64,000 bases of DNA from Crocinitomicaceae bacterium (GTDB taxonomy: Bacteria > Bacteroidota > Bacteroidia > Flavobacteriales_D > Crocinitomicaceae): NCBI GenBank assembly GCA_021325675.1, contig JAJTCM010000004.1, forward strand, positions 2,794 to 66,793, in the 5' to 3' direction. Shown here piece after piece: positions 26,146 to 37,605 of this stretch. The first letter of the stretch is position 1; the number at the start of each line of letters is the position of its first letter. A program made the translations under genes and the position numbers. Below the pieces are notes generated by a model, which saw only the letters and a list, made by a program, of their open reading frames with translations, made no database searches and was not told the DNA's origin.

Positions 26146-26901
26146 CGTTTTAGTTACCGCCAAACTAATCACGCTGATCTTCAGGTCGGGCAGCTCCTTC
26201 CTGATGGTGTTGATGCAGGATTCGAGCGTGGATCCGGTTGTGATTACGTCATCCACGAGGGCGATATGTTTGCAGTCTGCCAGTGCTTTTTTATCCGCCA
26301 GGAAAGCTTCACTGATATTGTCCCAGCGGCCGAATTTACCCATTTTTGTCTGGCTTTCGGCGTGTAAGGTGCGTCGCAGGAAATTGCTGTTCATTGGGAT
26401 TTTTGTTTCCTCACTGATGCCGTTTGCGATTTGCTCGCTTTGGTTATAGCCGCGTACATGCTGCTTTTTGGGGTGAAGCGGAACAGGGACCAGGCTGTCG
26501 ATCCCGTCATATTTTTGATTTTCGAGCATTTTTTCACCGATCAGGCGCCCCATTTCCGTTCCCAGCTTTTGCTTGCCTTTGTATTTAATCTGGTGTAAAA
26601 TCTGCTGCGTTGGACCTTCCTGTTCAAAATAAAGCAGGGCAAATGTGCTTTCCAATTGGCAGCGTCCCCAGAAACGCTTGTCGAGGCTGCTTTCTTCGCT
26701 GTATTTTTCGAAAGTGGTGAACTTCAGCTCTTCCCGGCAGAAAAAACAAATTTCGGTTTCAGCCTTGCTTAGTTCTTTTTCACAAACCAGGCAGGTGGGC
26801 GGATAAACCAGGTGCAGGAAATCATTTTTCCATTCAACGAGATTTTTAAGCCATTTATGTGTCATCTTTTGCATTCCGTGCGCTATATTACTAATAAACA
26901 T
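26143..26901 (-). CDS. comF: ComF-family protein (phosphoribosyltransferase domain)
   Basis: N-terminal Cys pairs (CLVC...CFFC) and C-terminal PRTase motif ALVDDVITTGSTL. Start uncertain: ATG at 26901 or internal Met codons; the track start at 26913 is TTG. Confidence 0.75.
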   Translation of the reverse strand: MFISNIAHGMQKMTHKWLKNLVEWKNDFLHLVYPPTCLVCEKELSKAETEICFFCREELKFTTFEKYSEESSLDKRFWGRCQLESTFALLYFEQEGPTQQILHQIKYKGKQKLGTEMGRLIGEKMLENQKYDGIDSLVPVPLHPKKQHVRGYNQSEQIANGISEETKIPMNSNFLRRTLHAESQTKMGKFGRWDNISEAFLADKKALADCKHIALVDDVITTGSTLESCINTIRKELPDLKISVISLAVTKT

Positions 26902-27311
26902 TTGAATGTTCAAAAGTCAGGTAGATTTCACCGTAACATTTTGCTTTTTTTGCGCTAAATTTATAGAAAATTTGGTGGAACATCTTTTAAAATTGAATAC
27001 GAGACAAACGGCTCCTTTGCTTCGACAAAAATTTGAAAACAAACTGTGAATATCTTTTTAACCCTGTTAATAATCGTGTTAAGGGTTGATATCAAAGGAC
27101 TTCACATTTTTAATGTTAATAACCTCTAAAGTTGTTAATTTCTTTAGCTTGCAAAAGGAGAGTTTTTTGACAAATTTTGTACTCCCCAATTATGAAGAAC
27201 TAGCGCTTCACTATTACACCCGGTTGAGGGAAGGGAAACAACCAAAATATTAAGAATCTGGCTTAAGGGCAGCAATGTTCTTCAGGCAAATATTGACTAA
27301 AAAATTTAAAA

Positions 27312-28286
27312 ATGGCACACGTAGAACCGATATTAGAACCGAATGATAACCGTTTCGTATTGTTCCCGATTCAGCACGATGATATCTGGCAATTTTACAA
27401 AAAAGCGGAGGCGAGCTTCTGGACGGCCGAAGAGATTGACCTGGGTCAGGATTTGATCGACTGGGAGAACAAGCTGAATGACAACGAGCGTCATTTTATC
27501 AAACATATCCTGGCGTTCTTCGCTGCTTCCGATGGTATTGTGAACGAAAACCTGGCGGAAAATTTCCTTTCCGAGGTGCAGTACACCGAAGCTAAGTTCT
27601 TTTACGGGTTCCAGGTGGCGATTGAAAATATCCACTCCGAAACCTACTCCCTGCTGATCGACACCTACATCAAGGATACAACCGACAAGAACCATTTGTT
27701 CAATGCGATTGACACCCTGGACTGCGTGAAGAAAAAAGCCGAATGGGCGCTGCGCTGGATCGACAAAGGGAATTTCGCTGAGCGTCTCGTAGCATTCGCG
27801 GCAGTGGAAGGGATTTTCTTCTCCGGTTCATTCTGCTCCATTTTCTGGCTGAAGAAACGCGGTTTAATGCCGGGCCTTTCCTTCTCCAACGAGCTGATTT
27901 CCCGCGACGAAGGCTTGCATTGCGATTTCGCTTGCTTGCTGTACAATAAGCACGTTGTCAATAAATTAGACAAAAACCAGATCAAAGAAATTATTGTTGA
28001 CGCCGTAGAGATCGAGAAGGAATTTATCACAGATGCCCTTCCGGTAAAGCTGATCGGGATGAACAGCGATTTAATGTCACAGTACATCGAATTCGTAGCT
28101 GACCGCTTGCTGGTTGAGCTGGGCAATGAGAAAGTATACAACGTGAGCAACCCGTTTGATTTCATGGATATGATTTCCATCCAGGGGAAAACCAACTTCT
28201 TCGAGAAACGCGTAGCGGAGTACCAGAAAGCAGGGGTAATGGGCAACAAGGAAGACCAGTCTTTCAGCTTAGACGAAGATTTTTAG
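27312..28286 (+). CDS. nrdB: class Ia ribonucleotide reductase beta subunit
   Basis: Di-iron/tyrosyl radical motifs ([31 protein letters not shown]). Confidence 0.93.
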   Translation: MAHVEPILEPNDNRFVLFPIQHDDIWQFYKKAEASFWTAEEIDLGQDLIDWENKLNDNERHFIKHILAFFAASDGIVNENLAENFLSEVQYTEAKFFYGFQVAIENIHSETYSLLIDTYIKDTTDKNHLFNAIDTLDCVKKKAEWALRWIDKGNFAERLVAFAAVEGIFFSGSFCSIFWLKKRGLMPGLSFSNELISRDEGLHCDFACLLYNKHVVNKLDKNQIKEIIVDAVEIEKEFITDALPVKLIGMNSDLMSQYIEFVADRLLVELGNEKVYNVSNPFDFMDMISIQGKTNFFEKRVAEYQKAGVMGNKEDQSFSLDEDF

Positions 28287-28342
28287 TAAATGCTGCCATG
28301 CAGCAAGATGAGATATAGTATAAAACCAAAATCAATTAAGAG

Positions 28343-30733
28343 ATGTACGTAGTAAAAAGAGATGGACGAAAAGAGGCAGTAAAATTTGACAAAATTACGG
28401 CCCGTATTGTGAAAATGTGTTACGGACTCGATCCGTTAGTTTCACCGGAAGCGGTTGCGATGAAAGTAATCGAAGGGATTTACGATGGCGTTACTACCAG
28501 TGTGCTCGACAACCTGGCTGCGGAAACAGCTGCTGCCAAAACAATCGATCACCCGGATTACGCTTTGCTGGCTTCCCGCATTGCAGTTTCCAACCTGCAC
28601 AAGGAGACGAAAAAATCGTTTTCCGAAGTGATGGAAGACATGTACAACTACATTGATCCGAAAACCAACCAACGTGCATCCCTGTTGGCAGACGACGTGT
28701 ATGAAGTGATCCAGGAGCACAAGGACACCTTGGATTCCAGCATCATTTACGATCGTGATTTCCGCTACGACTACTTTGGTTTTAAAACACTTTCCCGCTC
28801 TTACTTATTGAAGCTCGATGGCAAAATTGCTGAACGTCCCCAGCAAATGCTGATGCGTGTTTCTATCGGGATCCACAAACACGATATCCAGGCAGCGATT
28901 AAAACCTATAACCTGATGTCAGAAGGTTGGTTTACACACGCAACGCCGACTTTATTCAACTCCGGTACACCGAAACCACAGATGTCATCCTGCTTCCTGT
29001 TGACTATGAAAGAAGACAGCATTGACGGAATCTACGAAACATTAAAATCCTGCGCTAAGATTTCCCAGTCTGCAGGCGGTATTGGTCTCGCTTTGCACGA
29101 TGTTCGCGCAACGGGAACTTACATCAAGGGAACAAACGGTACTTCCAACGGGATCGTTCCAATGCTGCGCGTTTACAACGACACTGCCCGCTACGTTGAC
29201 CAGGGCGGGGGCAAGCGCAAAGGTTCTTTCGCTATGTACATCGAGCCATGGCATGCAGACGTGTTTGACTTCCTTGACCTGAAGAAGAACCACGGTAAAG
29301 AAGAGCAGCGCGCACGTGATTTGTTCTATGCCCTCTGGATTCCGGATTTGTTCATGAAGCGCGTGGAAGAAAACGCTGACTGGACTTTGATGTGCCCGCA
29401 TGAGTGCCCGGGATTGTCCGACTCACACAGCGCTGAATTTGAAGCATTATACACAAAATACGAAGCGGAAGGAAAAGGAAGAAAAACCATTAAGGCGCAA
29501 GACCTGTGGTTCAAAATCCTCGAATCCCAGATCGAAACAGGAACACCGTACATGCTGTACAAAGACGCGGCCAACTCCAAGTCTAACCAGCAGAACCTCG
29601 GAACAATCAAGTCTTCCAACCTGTGCACCGAAATCATCGAGTACACGGCCCCGGACGAGATCGCAGTATGTAACCTGGCTTCCCTGGCTTTGCCTAAATT
29701 CGTTACCGAAGAAGGATCTTTCGACCACGACAAGCTGTTCGAAGTGACTTACCAGGCAACGATGAACTTAAACCGCATCATCGACGGGAACTATTACCCG
29801 GTTGAAGAAGCACGCAACTCCAACATGCGCCACCGTCCGATCGGATTAGGCGTACAAGGTTTGGCAGATGCTTTCATCCTGATGCGTTTTCCATTCGAAT
29901 CCGAAGAGGCACGCAAGCTGAACCGCGAGATTTTCGAAACAATTTACTACGCATCCATGACGGCTTCCAAAGACCTCGCGAAAGTGGAAGGACCCTACGA
30001 AACGTATGCAGGCTCACCGGTTTCCAAAGGAATTTTCCAGTTCGATATGTGGGGCGTTACCCCAAGCCCACGCTGGGAATGGGATGTGTTGAAAGAAGAA
30101 GTGAAAACGTACGGTGTACGCAACTCGTTGTTGCTCGCTCCGATGCCAACTGCTTCTACAGCGCAAATCCTGGGGAATAACGAGTGCTTCGAGCCTTACA
30201 CTTCCAATATCTATACCCGTCGCGTACTTTCAGGTGAGTTCATCATCGTGAACAAACACTTATTGAAAGACCTCGTGAAAGAAGGTTTGTGGAACAAGGA
30301 CATGCGCCAGAAACTGATGGTTTCCAACGGTTCCGTTCAGAATATCCCGGAAATCCCGACTCACATTAAAGAATTGTATAAAACAGCCTGGGAAATTTCC
30401 CAAAAAGCAATCATCGAGCTGGCTGCAGACCGCGGGGCTTACATTTGCCAGTCGCAATCCCTGAACATCTTCATGGAGAACGCGAACTTTGGTAAACTGA
30501 CTTCCATGCACTTCTACGGCTGGAAAAAAGGCCTCAAAACAGGTATGTACTACCTGAGAACAAAAGCTGCAACTGACGCGATCAAGTTCACCGTTGACAA
30601 AAACATCAACGCGGTCCCCGAAGAAAGCGCGGCGGCGGTAAATGATACCATCGTTCGCTCAATCGAAGAAGAACAAGCTGCAATCGCATGCTCTTTGGAT
30701 AACCCGGATGCATGTGAAATGTGCTCAGGGTAG
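28343..30733 (+). CDS. nrdA: class Ia ribonucleotide reductase alpha subunit
   Basis: N-terminal ATP-cone (VVKRDGR.E...DKI), active-site NLCTEI and a C-terminal CxxC tail (CEMCSG). Confidence 0.93.
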   Translation: MYVVKRDGRKEAVKFDKITARIVKMCYGLDPLVSPEAVAMKVIEGIYDGVTTSVLDNLAAETAAAKTIDHPDYALLASRIAVSNLHKETKKSFSEVMEDMYNYIDPKTNQRASLLADDVYEVIQEHKDTLDSSIIYDRDFRYDYFGFKTLSRSYLLKLDGKIAERPQQMLMRVSIGIHKHDIQAAIKTYNLMSEGWFTHATPTLFNSGTPKPQMSSCFLLTMKEDSIDGIYETLKSCAKISQSAGGIGLALHDVRATGTYIKGTNGTSNGIVPMLRVYNDTARYVDQGGGKRKGSFAMYIEPWHADVFDFLDLKKNHGKEEQRARDLFYALWIPDLFMKRVEENADWTLMCPHECPGLSDSHSAEFEALYTKYEAEGKGRKTIKAQDLWFKILESQIETGTPYMLYKDAANSKSNQQNLGTIKSSNLCTEIIEYTAPDEIAVCNLASLALPKFVTEEGSFDHDKLFEVTYQATMNLNRIIDGNYYPVEEARNSNMRHRPIGLGVQGLADAFILMRFPFESEEARKLNREIFETIYYASMTASKDLAKVEGPYETYAGSPVSKGIFQFDMWGVTPSPRWEWDVLKEEVKTYGVRNSLLLAPMPTASTAQILGNNECFEPYTSNIYTRRVLSGEFIIVNKHLLKDLVKEGLWNKDMRQKLMVSNGSVQNIPEIPTHIKELYKTAWEISQKAIIELAADRGAYICQSQSLNIFMENANFGKLTSMHFYGWKKGLKTGMYYLRTKAATDAIKFTVDKNINAVPEESAAAVNDTIVRSIEEEQAAIACSLDNPDACEMCSG

Positions 30734-30870
30734 GCTTCTGAAAGAAGACTACCAATTTCGCAAGAAATTGAGCCTTTGAAAAAGGCCTGAGCAACATTCA
30801 GCGCAGCTACATGTGTTCTGGATAGAAAATTTATAAGTAGAATTATGCTTTAAGCATTATAAGCTACGGA

Positions 30871-30903
30871 CCCGCTTTTATTTCGATAGGAGCGGGTTTT
30901 TTT
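30871..30903 (+). terminator. rho-independent terminator after nrdA
   Basis: Stem CCCGCT / AGCGGG (30871-30876 / 30891-30896) followed by TTTTTTT. Confidence 0.8.
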
Positions 30904-30906
30904 ATC

Positions 30907-30914
30907 TATTTTTG
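30907..30914 (+). promoter_or_regulatory. -7 box TATTTTTG
   Basis: 22 nt upstream of the ATG at 30937, just after the nrdA terminator. Confidence 0.55.
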
Positions 30915-30936
30915 TCTTAGAAACCAGAAATCAACC

Positions 30937-31650
30937 ATGCAGAAACTCATTTTCACACATCTCCTCCTCCTTAGCTGCGCTGCTGCCTTCGGCGGTCTCA
31001 CATTCACCTCTCATGCTCAAAACTCCGGCTCTTTCCTGCTCATCCGTACCTACGGCAAAAACTCAGGCAGCCAGATCCTCGAAAGCCGGGTGTATGAAAA
31101 ATACAGGTCACAGATTAAAGTCGATTCCTCCAAAATTGTAGAATACGGGCCGTATGAGGTTTTGTTTATTGACAAGGGGAATAAATCCATCCGGGAATTT
31201 AAATTCAAGGACAGCACAGGCTTAAATCTAGGGAGGTTGCGTGATTCCCTGAAAACAGTTGAGCCACGTTACGGTATGGGTGCAGCTATAAGCTTTGCGC
31301 GGCAAATGGCGGACAGCTTGGTGAAAAGCGGGGTATACTTTTATACCGTTCCCCAATTGGCAGCCAAAGAAACGTATGAATTAAGTTTCACCGCCTTTTT
31401 TGGCTCAAATGATCCTGAAAATAATCCCGCATATTGGGATTTCCGCCAGACATTTACAAAAGAATTTGAATCGGGCAAAGGCAAAAAAAACGTTCACATG
31501 TATATGTCCCGAGAGGGTGAGCTGGGAGTGTTGCTCTACCTGGAAAACAAGGACTTTGATTTGAAGAGGCTGGACAAATACACCTTGAATTTTTCGAAAA
31601 AGCCGATTATCCGTCCGCGCTTGTATGAGCTGGTTCTTTTTGAACAATGA
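30937..31650 (+). CDS. hypothetical secreted protein
   Basis: Signal peptide, own -7 box at 30907-30914. No family recognised. Confidence 0.55.
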   Translation: MQKLIFTHLLLLSCAAAFGGLTFTSHAQNSGSFLLIRTYGKNSGSQILESRVYEKYRSQIKVDSSKIVEYGPYEVLFIDKGNKSIREFKFKDSTGLNLGRLRDSLKTVEPRYGMGAAISFARQMADSLVKSGVYFYTVPQLAAKETYELSFTAFFGSNDPENNPAYWDFRQTFTKEFESGKGKKNVHMYMSREGELGVLLYLENKDFDLKRLDKYTLNFSKKPIIRPRLYELVLFEQ

Positions 31651-31668
31651 ACCTTTTAGAATTCTATC

Positions 31669-32976
31669 TTATTTCAATAATCCCTTAAAATTCCCAGTTG
31701 TCAAAGCGATATTGAGCTCAGCGGTTTTCACGGCGAGCTGCGCGATCAGCAAACGGCTTTGTGCCTGCACAACAGAAAACTGGATTTCACGTAAGTCCAT
31801 GGAAGTGAGAGCGCCGTTTTCGAAGGTTTTTTGGGCAATTCCCAATACTTCTTCCGCATTGACGATGTTTTGGCTTTCCATGCGCAGGTTCGTCAGCGCC
31901 CATTCATATTCGTTAAAATCCTTGCGCAGCTCATTTTCGATAAACAAAGCCTGCTGCTGTTCGGAAAGCCTGGCGTTTTCGGTTTGCAGGACATTGTTTT
32001 TCAACTGTGTATAAGTCGAAAGACGGTCGAGGATTGTCCAGCTTAATGTAAAACCGAAGCCTGAGCCGTAAAAGCGGTTCGAATTGAGAATCCCTATCTG
32101 GTTTTGTGATTTACCGAAGCCGTATTGTGCATAAAAACTCAGCTGCGGATAGTAAAACGACTGGATTTCCTTGCGCTGCATTTCCGTAAGCGCGATAGCG
32201 GATTTAGCGAGCAAAAGCTGCGTATTTTGTTCCCTGGCTTGTTGAGCCACATTTTCCCAGGCAAGTGGCGTGCTGCTTTGGATCTCACCGGCCAGCGTAA
32301 ACTGGAAAGCTGGATTTTGTCCCATCAACTGGGCGAGGTCGATTTTCAGGTCGGCTACATTTTTCTGGTGCTGGAGCAGGGAAGAGCTGTCCGCTATAAG
32401 ATCAAGCCGTGACTGGATCAGCATCAACTCGGATTCGCTGCCGTGTTTCACACGCATTTCATTGAACTGGTAGCGGGCAATGGATAAATCCAGCGCTTGC
32501 TGGTAAACTTCCGTCATGCGCTGCTGCTGGATGATAGTGGAATACAAAACAGTCGCCTGGTAAATCTTCATTTCCATTTCAGCATTCAGGTTCAGCACGG
32601 CTATGTCTTGCTGCTGTTGTAAGCGCTTATCTGTGGCAAACATGCGAAAGCCGTCGAAAAAGGTCCAGTTGAGAAGCAATGCTGCATTCGTAGAAGTATT
32701 TTTAGCATTGCTGGCTTCGTTGACCTGTCCGCTGAAGAATTCCTGGCGGGTATTGTTAAAGCTCCAGTTTTGGTCAGCATTTAACCCGATAGTTGGCAAA
32801 TAACCGGCTTCACCCGGGTTGTTGAGGTTTTCCGCCATCGTCACGTTATTGCGTTCAATACGAACGTCAAAATTCGCTTCCAGCACTTTGGCAACTACCG
32901 TTTCCAGGCTCAGGTTTTCCTGTGCGCTGAGCTGCAAAGCAAGAAAAGGGATTAAAAGAAAAAGGTAAAATTTCAT
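31669..32976 (-). CDS. TolC-family outer-membrane efflux protein
   Basis: Signal peptide and two-repeat coiled architecture. Last gene of the RND operon. Confidence 0.85.
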   Translation of the reverse strand: MKFYLFLLIPFLALQLSAQENLSLETVVAKVLEANFDVRIERNNVTMAENLNNPGEAGYLPTIGLNADQNWSFNNTRQEFFSGQVNEASNAKNTSTNAALLLNWTFFDGFRMFATDKRLQQQQDIAVLNLNAEMEMKIYQATVLYSTIIQQQRMTEVYQQALDLSIARYQFNEMRVKHGSESELMLIQSRLDLIADSSSLLQHQKNVADLKIDLAQLMGQNPAFQFTLAGEIQSSTPLAWENVAQQAREQNTQLLLAKSAIALTEMQRKEIQSFYYPQLSFYAQYGFGKSQNQIGILNSNRFYGSGFGFTLSWTILDRLSTYTQLKNNVLQTENARLSEQQQALFIENELRKDFNEYEWALTNLRMESQNIVNAEEVLGIAQKTFENGALTSMDLREIQFSVVQAQSRLLIAQLAVKTAELNIALTTGNFKGLLK

Positions 32977-32993
32977 ATCAATGCTATTTGGGA

Positions 32994-35900
32994 TCAGGAT
33001 TCAGCGGTATCGGTTGAGATATGCCTTACTTTTTTCGATGTCAGGTAAATGTAGAGCCCGGGAACCATATACAAAGTCAGGACGAGGGAGAAGGTCAAAC
33101 CGCCCACAATCGAAATACCCATCGGGATCCGGCTCGTGGAAGCGTCGCCCAAAGCGAGGGCAATCGGAAGCGCGCCCAGGATCGTTGCCAGTGTCGTCAT
33201 TAAAATCGGGCGGAAACGTTTAGCGGAAGCATCGATAATCGCTTCTTTGATTGTCAGTCCGTGCTCCCTGCGCTGATTGGCAAATTCTACAATTAAGATC
33301 CCGTTTTTAGTCACCAAACCAACAAGCACAATAATCCCGATTTTAGAGAAAATATTCAAAGTCTGGTCGAACAGCCATAAAGAGAATACTGCCCCTGCCA
33401 GGGCTAGCAGAACCGTTAAAATAATGATTATCGGATCGCGGAAACTCTCAAACTGGGCCGCCAGCACGAGGTAAACAAGCACCAGGGCCAGTAAGAAGGC
33501 CAGCAAAATACTGCTGCCGCTTTCCATAAATTCTTTGGAAGTCCCGGCAAGGCTCGTTGTAAAGTCTTCACCCAAAACTTCCGCTTTGATTTCGTCCATT
33601 GCGGCAATTCCGTCACCAACCGTTTTGCCTTCGGCCGGATCAGCTGAAACAGTCGCAGAAACATAGCGGTTGTAACGGTATAATTGGGAAGTACTGGATT
33701 CATTTTTCAGGTCAACGAGGTTGTCGAGCGGAATCAGCTGGCCGTCCCTGTTACGCACCTGCACAGCTTTTAGATCCGAGGGATCGTCGCGTTTTTCTTT
33801 TTTCGCCTGGCCGATGACTTCGTATTGCTTGCCTTCCATAATGAAGTAGCCGAAGCGTTGTCCGGAGAAATACAATTGAAGTGTCTCGGCAATATCCTGG
33901 ATGGAAACTCCCATGGAAGCCGCTTTGTCCCGGTTGATGCTTACCTGGACTTCCGGTTTGTTGAATTTCAAATCAACGTCCACAATTTTAAAGGTCGGAT
34001 TGGCTGCTGCTTTTGCCAGGAATACCGGGAGCACTTCCTTCATTTTTTCGAAAGTTGGCGCCTGGATTACGTATTGCACCGGTAAACCGGCCGAACGTCC
34101 GCCGCCGATTGTCTGCTCCTGGATAATAAAGCTGCGGGCAAAATTATACTGCTGTAAACGCTTCGTCAGGTCATCAGCGATTTCCTGCTGTGTTCGTTTA
34201 CGTTCGGACGGCGGAACAAGGTTGAGACGTACAAACGAACGGTTTACGGAAACAGAAGCACCGAACCCCGGGGAAGTTACGGCAATCATGGAGCGTTTTT
34301 CGCGCATGGTGTCCGTGAGGTCCACAATCGATTGGTTATACAAATCCATGCGCTCGTAGGATGTTCCTTCGGGCGCGGTAGACATAATCATCAAACGGCT
34401 TTTGTCTTCCAGCGGCGCCAGCTCGTCCTGGAGCGATCCGCCGTTCCAGACAATGAGCACAATGCTGATCGCCATCAGGAAAAAGGCAAGCCAGGGACGT
34501 TTCATAAATTTCGTAAGGCTGGAGCGGTAACGGTTCATCATCCCGTCAAAAAAGCGCTCCGTTACCTGGTAAAAACGGGAATGGCGCTCATTGCGCTTCA
34601 AAAGACGCGAGCTCATCATTGGGGTTAATGTCAGGGAAACAAAGGCAGAAATAATCACCGATCCGGCAACTACGACCCCGAATTCACGGAACAAGCGCCC
34701 CGTTAATCCTTCTAGGAAAATTACCGGCAGGAAAACTGTTGTCAGGGTAATCGTTGTGGAAATAATCGCAAATAAAATCTCTTTTGAGCCTTTGTGGGCA
34801 GCAGGGACAGGATCTTCGCCGTTTTCCACGCGGGTATAAATATTTTCCATCACTACAATAGCGTCATCGACCACCAAACCGGTAGCCAAAACGATTCCCA
34901 GCAAGGTCATGATGTTGATCGAAAATCCCGAAACATACATGATGAAAAAAGTTCCGATCAGGGAAATCGGGATGGTAATAATGGGGATCAACGTTGTACG
35001 CCAGTCGCGGAGGAAAAGGAAAATAATAATCACAACAAGCCCGAAAGCAATCAGGATCGTTTCTTCCACTTCGGAAATCGCCTTGCGGATATTTTCCGTA
35101 GTATCGAGCGCTACGCCTAAACGAACGTCTTTCGGCAGCTCTTTTTTAATCTGGTCAACACGTTTGTAGATTTCATCCACAATTTCAATGTAATTGGCGC
35201 CCGGCTGCGGGTTGATGGCAATTCCAATCATAGGAACACCGCCGTTACCACGTAAGAGCGTACGTTCATTGAGTGGGAGCAGGTTAGCCGAACCAACGTC
35301 TTTCAGGCGGATGATTCTCTGGTCCTGTTCAGCTACGATCAGGTTCGCGAAATCTTCTTCAGTGGTGAGCCGCCCAAAGGTACGGATCGTCATTTCAACG
35401 GTATTTCCGTCAATCCGCCCGGAAGGAAGCTCAATATTCTGGCTCGTTAACGCATTGCGAACATCGAGCGCCGTTAAACCGTAACCCGCCATTTTATCCG
35501 GGTCGAGGTTGAATTTCATGGAATAGCGCTTCTCACCCCAGATCCGGATTTCACTTACGCCTTTGACGGTTTGCAAGCGTTCTTTAAAGACCCTGTTTCC
35601 GAGATCGGTCAGCTCAAGCAGGCTGCGCTTATCAGATTGAACGGTGAGGGAAAAAATCGTTTCTGCGTTTGCATCGGATTTGGCTACAATGGGCGGATCG
35701 GCGTTTTGCGGCAGGTTGCGGACAGCGCCCGAAACTTTATCGCGCACATCATTTGCTGCGGCATCAAGATCAACATTCAGGTCAAATTCCACGGTGATTG
35801 TGCTTCGTCCGTCCCCGCTCACGGAGCTCAGGTTCCGGATTCCTGCAATTCCATTAATGGATTCCTCCAGCGGTTCGGTAATCTGCGACTCGACTACGTC

Positions 35901-36068
35901 GGGGTTAGCGCCGGGATAATTCGTGGTAACGGTAATAATCGGCGGGTCGACGGAAGGGAACTCGCGCACTCCCAGGTAAGAAAAACCGATTACCCCGAAG
36001 ATCACGATCAGGATCGAGAGTACCGTTGCCAGTACCGGGCGGTTGATACTTAAGGAAGCTAAATTCAT
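32994..36068 (-). CDS. RND efflux transporter permease (AcrB family)
   Basis: 1024 aa, 12-TM AcrB-type sequence starting MNLASLSINRPVLA. Confidence 0.92.
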   Translation of the reverse strand: MNLASLSINRPVLATVLSILIVIFGVIGFSYLGVREFPSVDPPIITVTTNYPGANPDVVESQITEPLEESINGIAGIRNLSSVSGDGRSTITVEFDLNVDLDAAANDVRDKVSGAVRNLPQNADPPIVAKSDANAETIFSLTVQSDKRSLLELTDLGNRVFKERLQTVKGVSEIRIWGEKRYSMKFNLDPDKMAGYGLTALDVRNALTSQNIELPSGRIDGNTVEMTIRTFGRLTTEEDFANLIVAEQDQRIIRLKDVGSANLLPLNERTLLRGNGGVPMIGIAINPQPGANYIEIVDEIYKRVDQIKKELPKDVRLGVALDTTENIRKAISEVEETILIAFGLVVIIIFLFLRDWRTTLIPIITIPISLIGTFFIMYVSGFSINIMTLLGIVLATGLVVDDAIVVMENIYTRVENGEDPVPAAHKGSKEILFAIISTTITLTTVFLPVIFLEGLTGRLFREFGVVVAGSVIISAFVSLTLTPMMSSRLLKRNERHSRFYQVTERFFDGMMNRYRSSLTKFMKRPWLAFFLMAISIVLIVWNGGSLQDELAPLEDKSRLMIMSTAPEGTSYERMDLYNQSIVDLTDTMREKRSMIAVTSPGFGASVSVNRSFVRLNLVPPSERKRTQQEIADDLTKRLQQYNFARSFIIQEQTIGGGRSAGLPVQYVIQAPTFEKMKEVLPVFLAKAAANPTFKIVDVDLKFNKPEVQVSINRDKAASMGVSIQDIAETLQLYFSGQRFGYFIMEGKQYEVIGQAKKEKRDDPSDLKAVQVRNRDGQLIPLDNLVDLKNESSTSQLYRYNRYVSATVSADPAEGKTVGDGIAAMDEIKAEVLGEDFTTSLAGTSKEFMESGSSILLAFLLALVLVYLVLAAQFESFRDPIIIILTVLLALAGAVFSLWLFDQTLNIFSKIGIIVLVGLVTKNGILIVEFANQRREHGLTIKEAIIDASAKRFRPILMTTLATILGALPIALALGDASTSRIPMGISIVGGLTFSLVLTLYMVPGLYIYLTSKKVRHISTDTAES

Positions 36069-37099
36069 TTGTTAACGAGTTTGGTTTTAACCGGCATACC
36101 CGGACGAACGGCCAGTAAACCGGAAATAAGCACCTGGTCGCCCGCTTGCAGATCGCCGATCACCTGGACTTTGTCGGCAGTCCGGATCCCGACTTCCACC
36201 GGGATTTCGACTACTTTTCCACCCCGGGCTACAAGTACTTTCTGTCCTTTCAAAATCGGCACGATACTTTCGGTTGGAACCATAAAAGCATTCACTTCCA
36301 TGCCGAGGTTGTATTTCACGGCAACAAATGACCCGGAAATGAGCTTGCCGTCATTATTCAGGCTCGCCCGGATAGAAAGCATGCGTGTACCTTCATCAAT
36401 AACCGGCTCGTAAGCATAGACTTTTGCTGTATAGGTTTTTTCGCCCCGGTCCAGCTTAAATTCGATTGTCTGCCCGCTTTTTACGGCGCCGGCATAACGC
36501 TCGGAAACGGCGAACTCCACTTTGATGGGGTTTTCCTGGACTAAGGAAGTGATGAGCGTTGTATTGGTGATAAAAGCGCCCTCGCTGACGCGTCTCAAGC
36601 CAATCCTGCCGGAAAACGGCGCGCGGATCACAGTTTTGGAAATCTGGACGTTGATCAGGTCGATCTGCGCTTCCACGGAAGCCAGGTTAGAAGCCGAACG
36701 CTCGTATTCCTCCAGGCTGATGCCTTTGCTGTCCAATAAGCTTTTTTTACGTGCCTCGTCTTTTTTAGCCAGTTCGAGGGCAACGAGCTGTTCTTTTCGC
36801 TGGGCCCGCAGGACATCGCTATCCATTTGCACCAAAATTGCTCCTTTGGAAACAGTTTGCCCTTCCCTGAAATTAATTTTCTGGATCCGGCCGCTGATCT
36901 CGCTGTACAATTGCAGCTCTTCATTTGGAATGATTGTGCCGGGCACGGAAATTTCGCGCAGTACGTCGGTAGGCTCTACTTTTACCACTTCCACTACGCT
37001 GGGTTTGGCGTTTGCTGTTCCAAGGTCTTTTTTCTCTTCCTCTCCGCAGGCGCTGATCAGCAGCCCCAAAGGGATGAGCAGGTATGTAAGTTTAGTCAT
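36065..37099 (-). CDS. RND efflux periplasmic adaptor (membrane fusion protein)
   Basis: Lipobox LISAC and HlyD/MFP-type hairpin and barrel motifs. 4-nt overlap with the RND gene. Confidence 0.88.
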   Translation of the reverse strand: MTKLTYLLIPLGLLISACGEEEKKDLGTANAKPSVVEVVKVEPTDVLREISVPGTIIPNEELQLYSEISGRIQKINFREGQTVSKGAILVQMDSDVLRAQRKEQLVALELAKKDEARKKSLLDSKGISLEEYERSASNLASVEAQIDLINVQISKTVIRAPFSGRIGLRRVSEGAFITNTTLITSLVQENPIKVEFAVSERYAGAVKSGQTIEFKLDRGEKTYTAKVYAYEPVIDEGTRMLSIRASLNNDGKLISGSFVAVKYNLGMEVNAFMVPTESIVPILKGQKVLVARGGKVVEIPVEVGIRTADKVQVIGDLQAGDQVLISGLLAVRPGMPVKTKLVNK

Positions 37100-37571
37100 T
37101 TTTCATATCTTTAATCCGGTTATAGAACAATTCAACCTGTTCAACCGGAAGGTCTTTCGTTTGTTTGATCACTTCCTGCAAATTCGAGATGAACCTGATC
37201 CTTTCCTTGCGTTCTATAAAATTAAGGAAAAATTCGTCTGTCTCGTTCAATGCAGCTTCAATTTCATCTACCCAGGGCTTGCCAGCATCTGTAATATACA
37301 GCAAATGCTGCCTGCGGTCGTTCGGGTTAATCCTCCGTTCTACGTACCCGTCTTCTGCGAGACAGTCGAGGACCCGCACCATACTTACTTTGTCAGTTAA
37401 CAGCTGGTCAGCCAATTCCTGCTGGCTGATACTACCCGAGTTTTTTCCTATGAGGTAAAGCGGGTAATAATATCGGTTGATGGGCGTATTTTCCATTCGT
37501 TTCGTAAGGTAACCGATGTACTGCTTGGTCAAAAAGCCAAACATCCGCCCTAGTGTCCAGTCTGTAGTCAT
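37092..37571 (-). CDS. MarR-family transcriptional regulator
   Basis: Winged-helix segment (ISQQELADQLLTDKVSMVRVLDCLAEDGYVERR.NPNDRR). 8-nt overlap with the adaptor gene. Confidence 0.85.
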   Translation of the reverse strand: MTTDWTLGRMFGFLTKQYIGYLTKRMENTPINRYYYPLYLIGKNSGSISQQELADQLLTDKVSMVRVLDCLAEDGYVERRINPNDRRQHLLYITDAGKPWVDEIEAALNETDEFFLNFIERKERIRFISNLQEVIKQTKDLPVEQVELFYNRIKDMKND

Positions 37572-37576
37572 GAATA

Positions 37577-37605
37577 GTAAACAATTTATGTGAGTGATAG
37601 TTTAC
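37577..37605. promoter_or_regulatory. inverted repeat GTAAAC-N17-GTTTAC, candidate MarR operator
   Basis: 6-bp arms at 37577-37582 and 37600-37605, between the -7 box and the marR start. Confidence 0.35.

Noticed and set aside
27190-27290. Cobalamin riboswitch or NrdR boxes upstream of nrdB.
   Set aside because: No B12-box-like GCCACTG core is present. No 16-bp NrdR-type palindrome (acaCwAtATaTwgtgt) is present. Only a GGGAA-containing loop gives a superficial resemblance.
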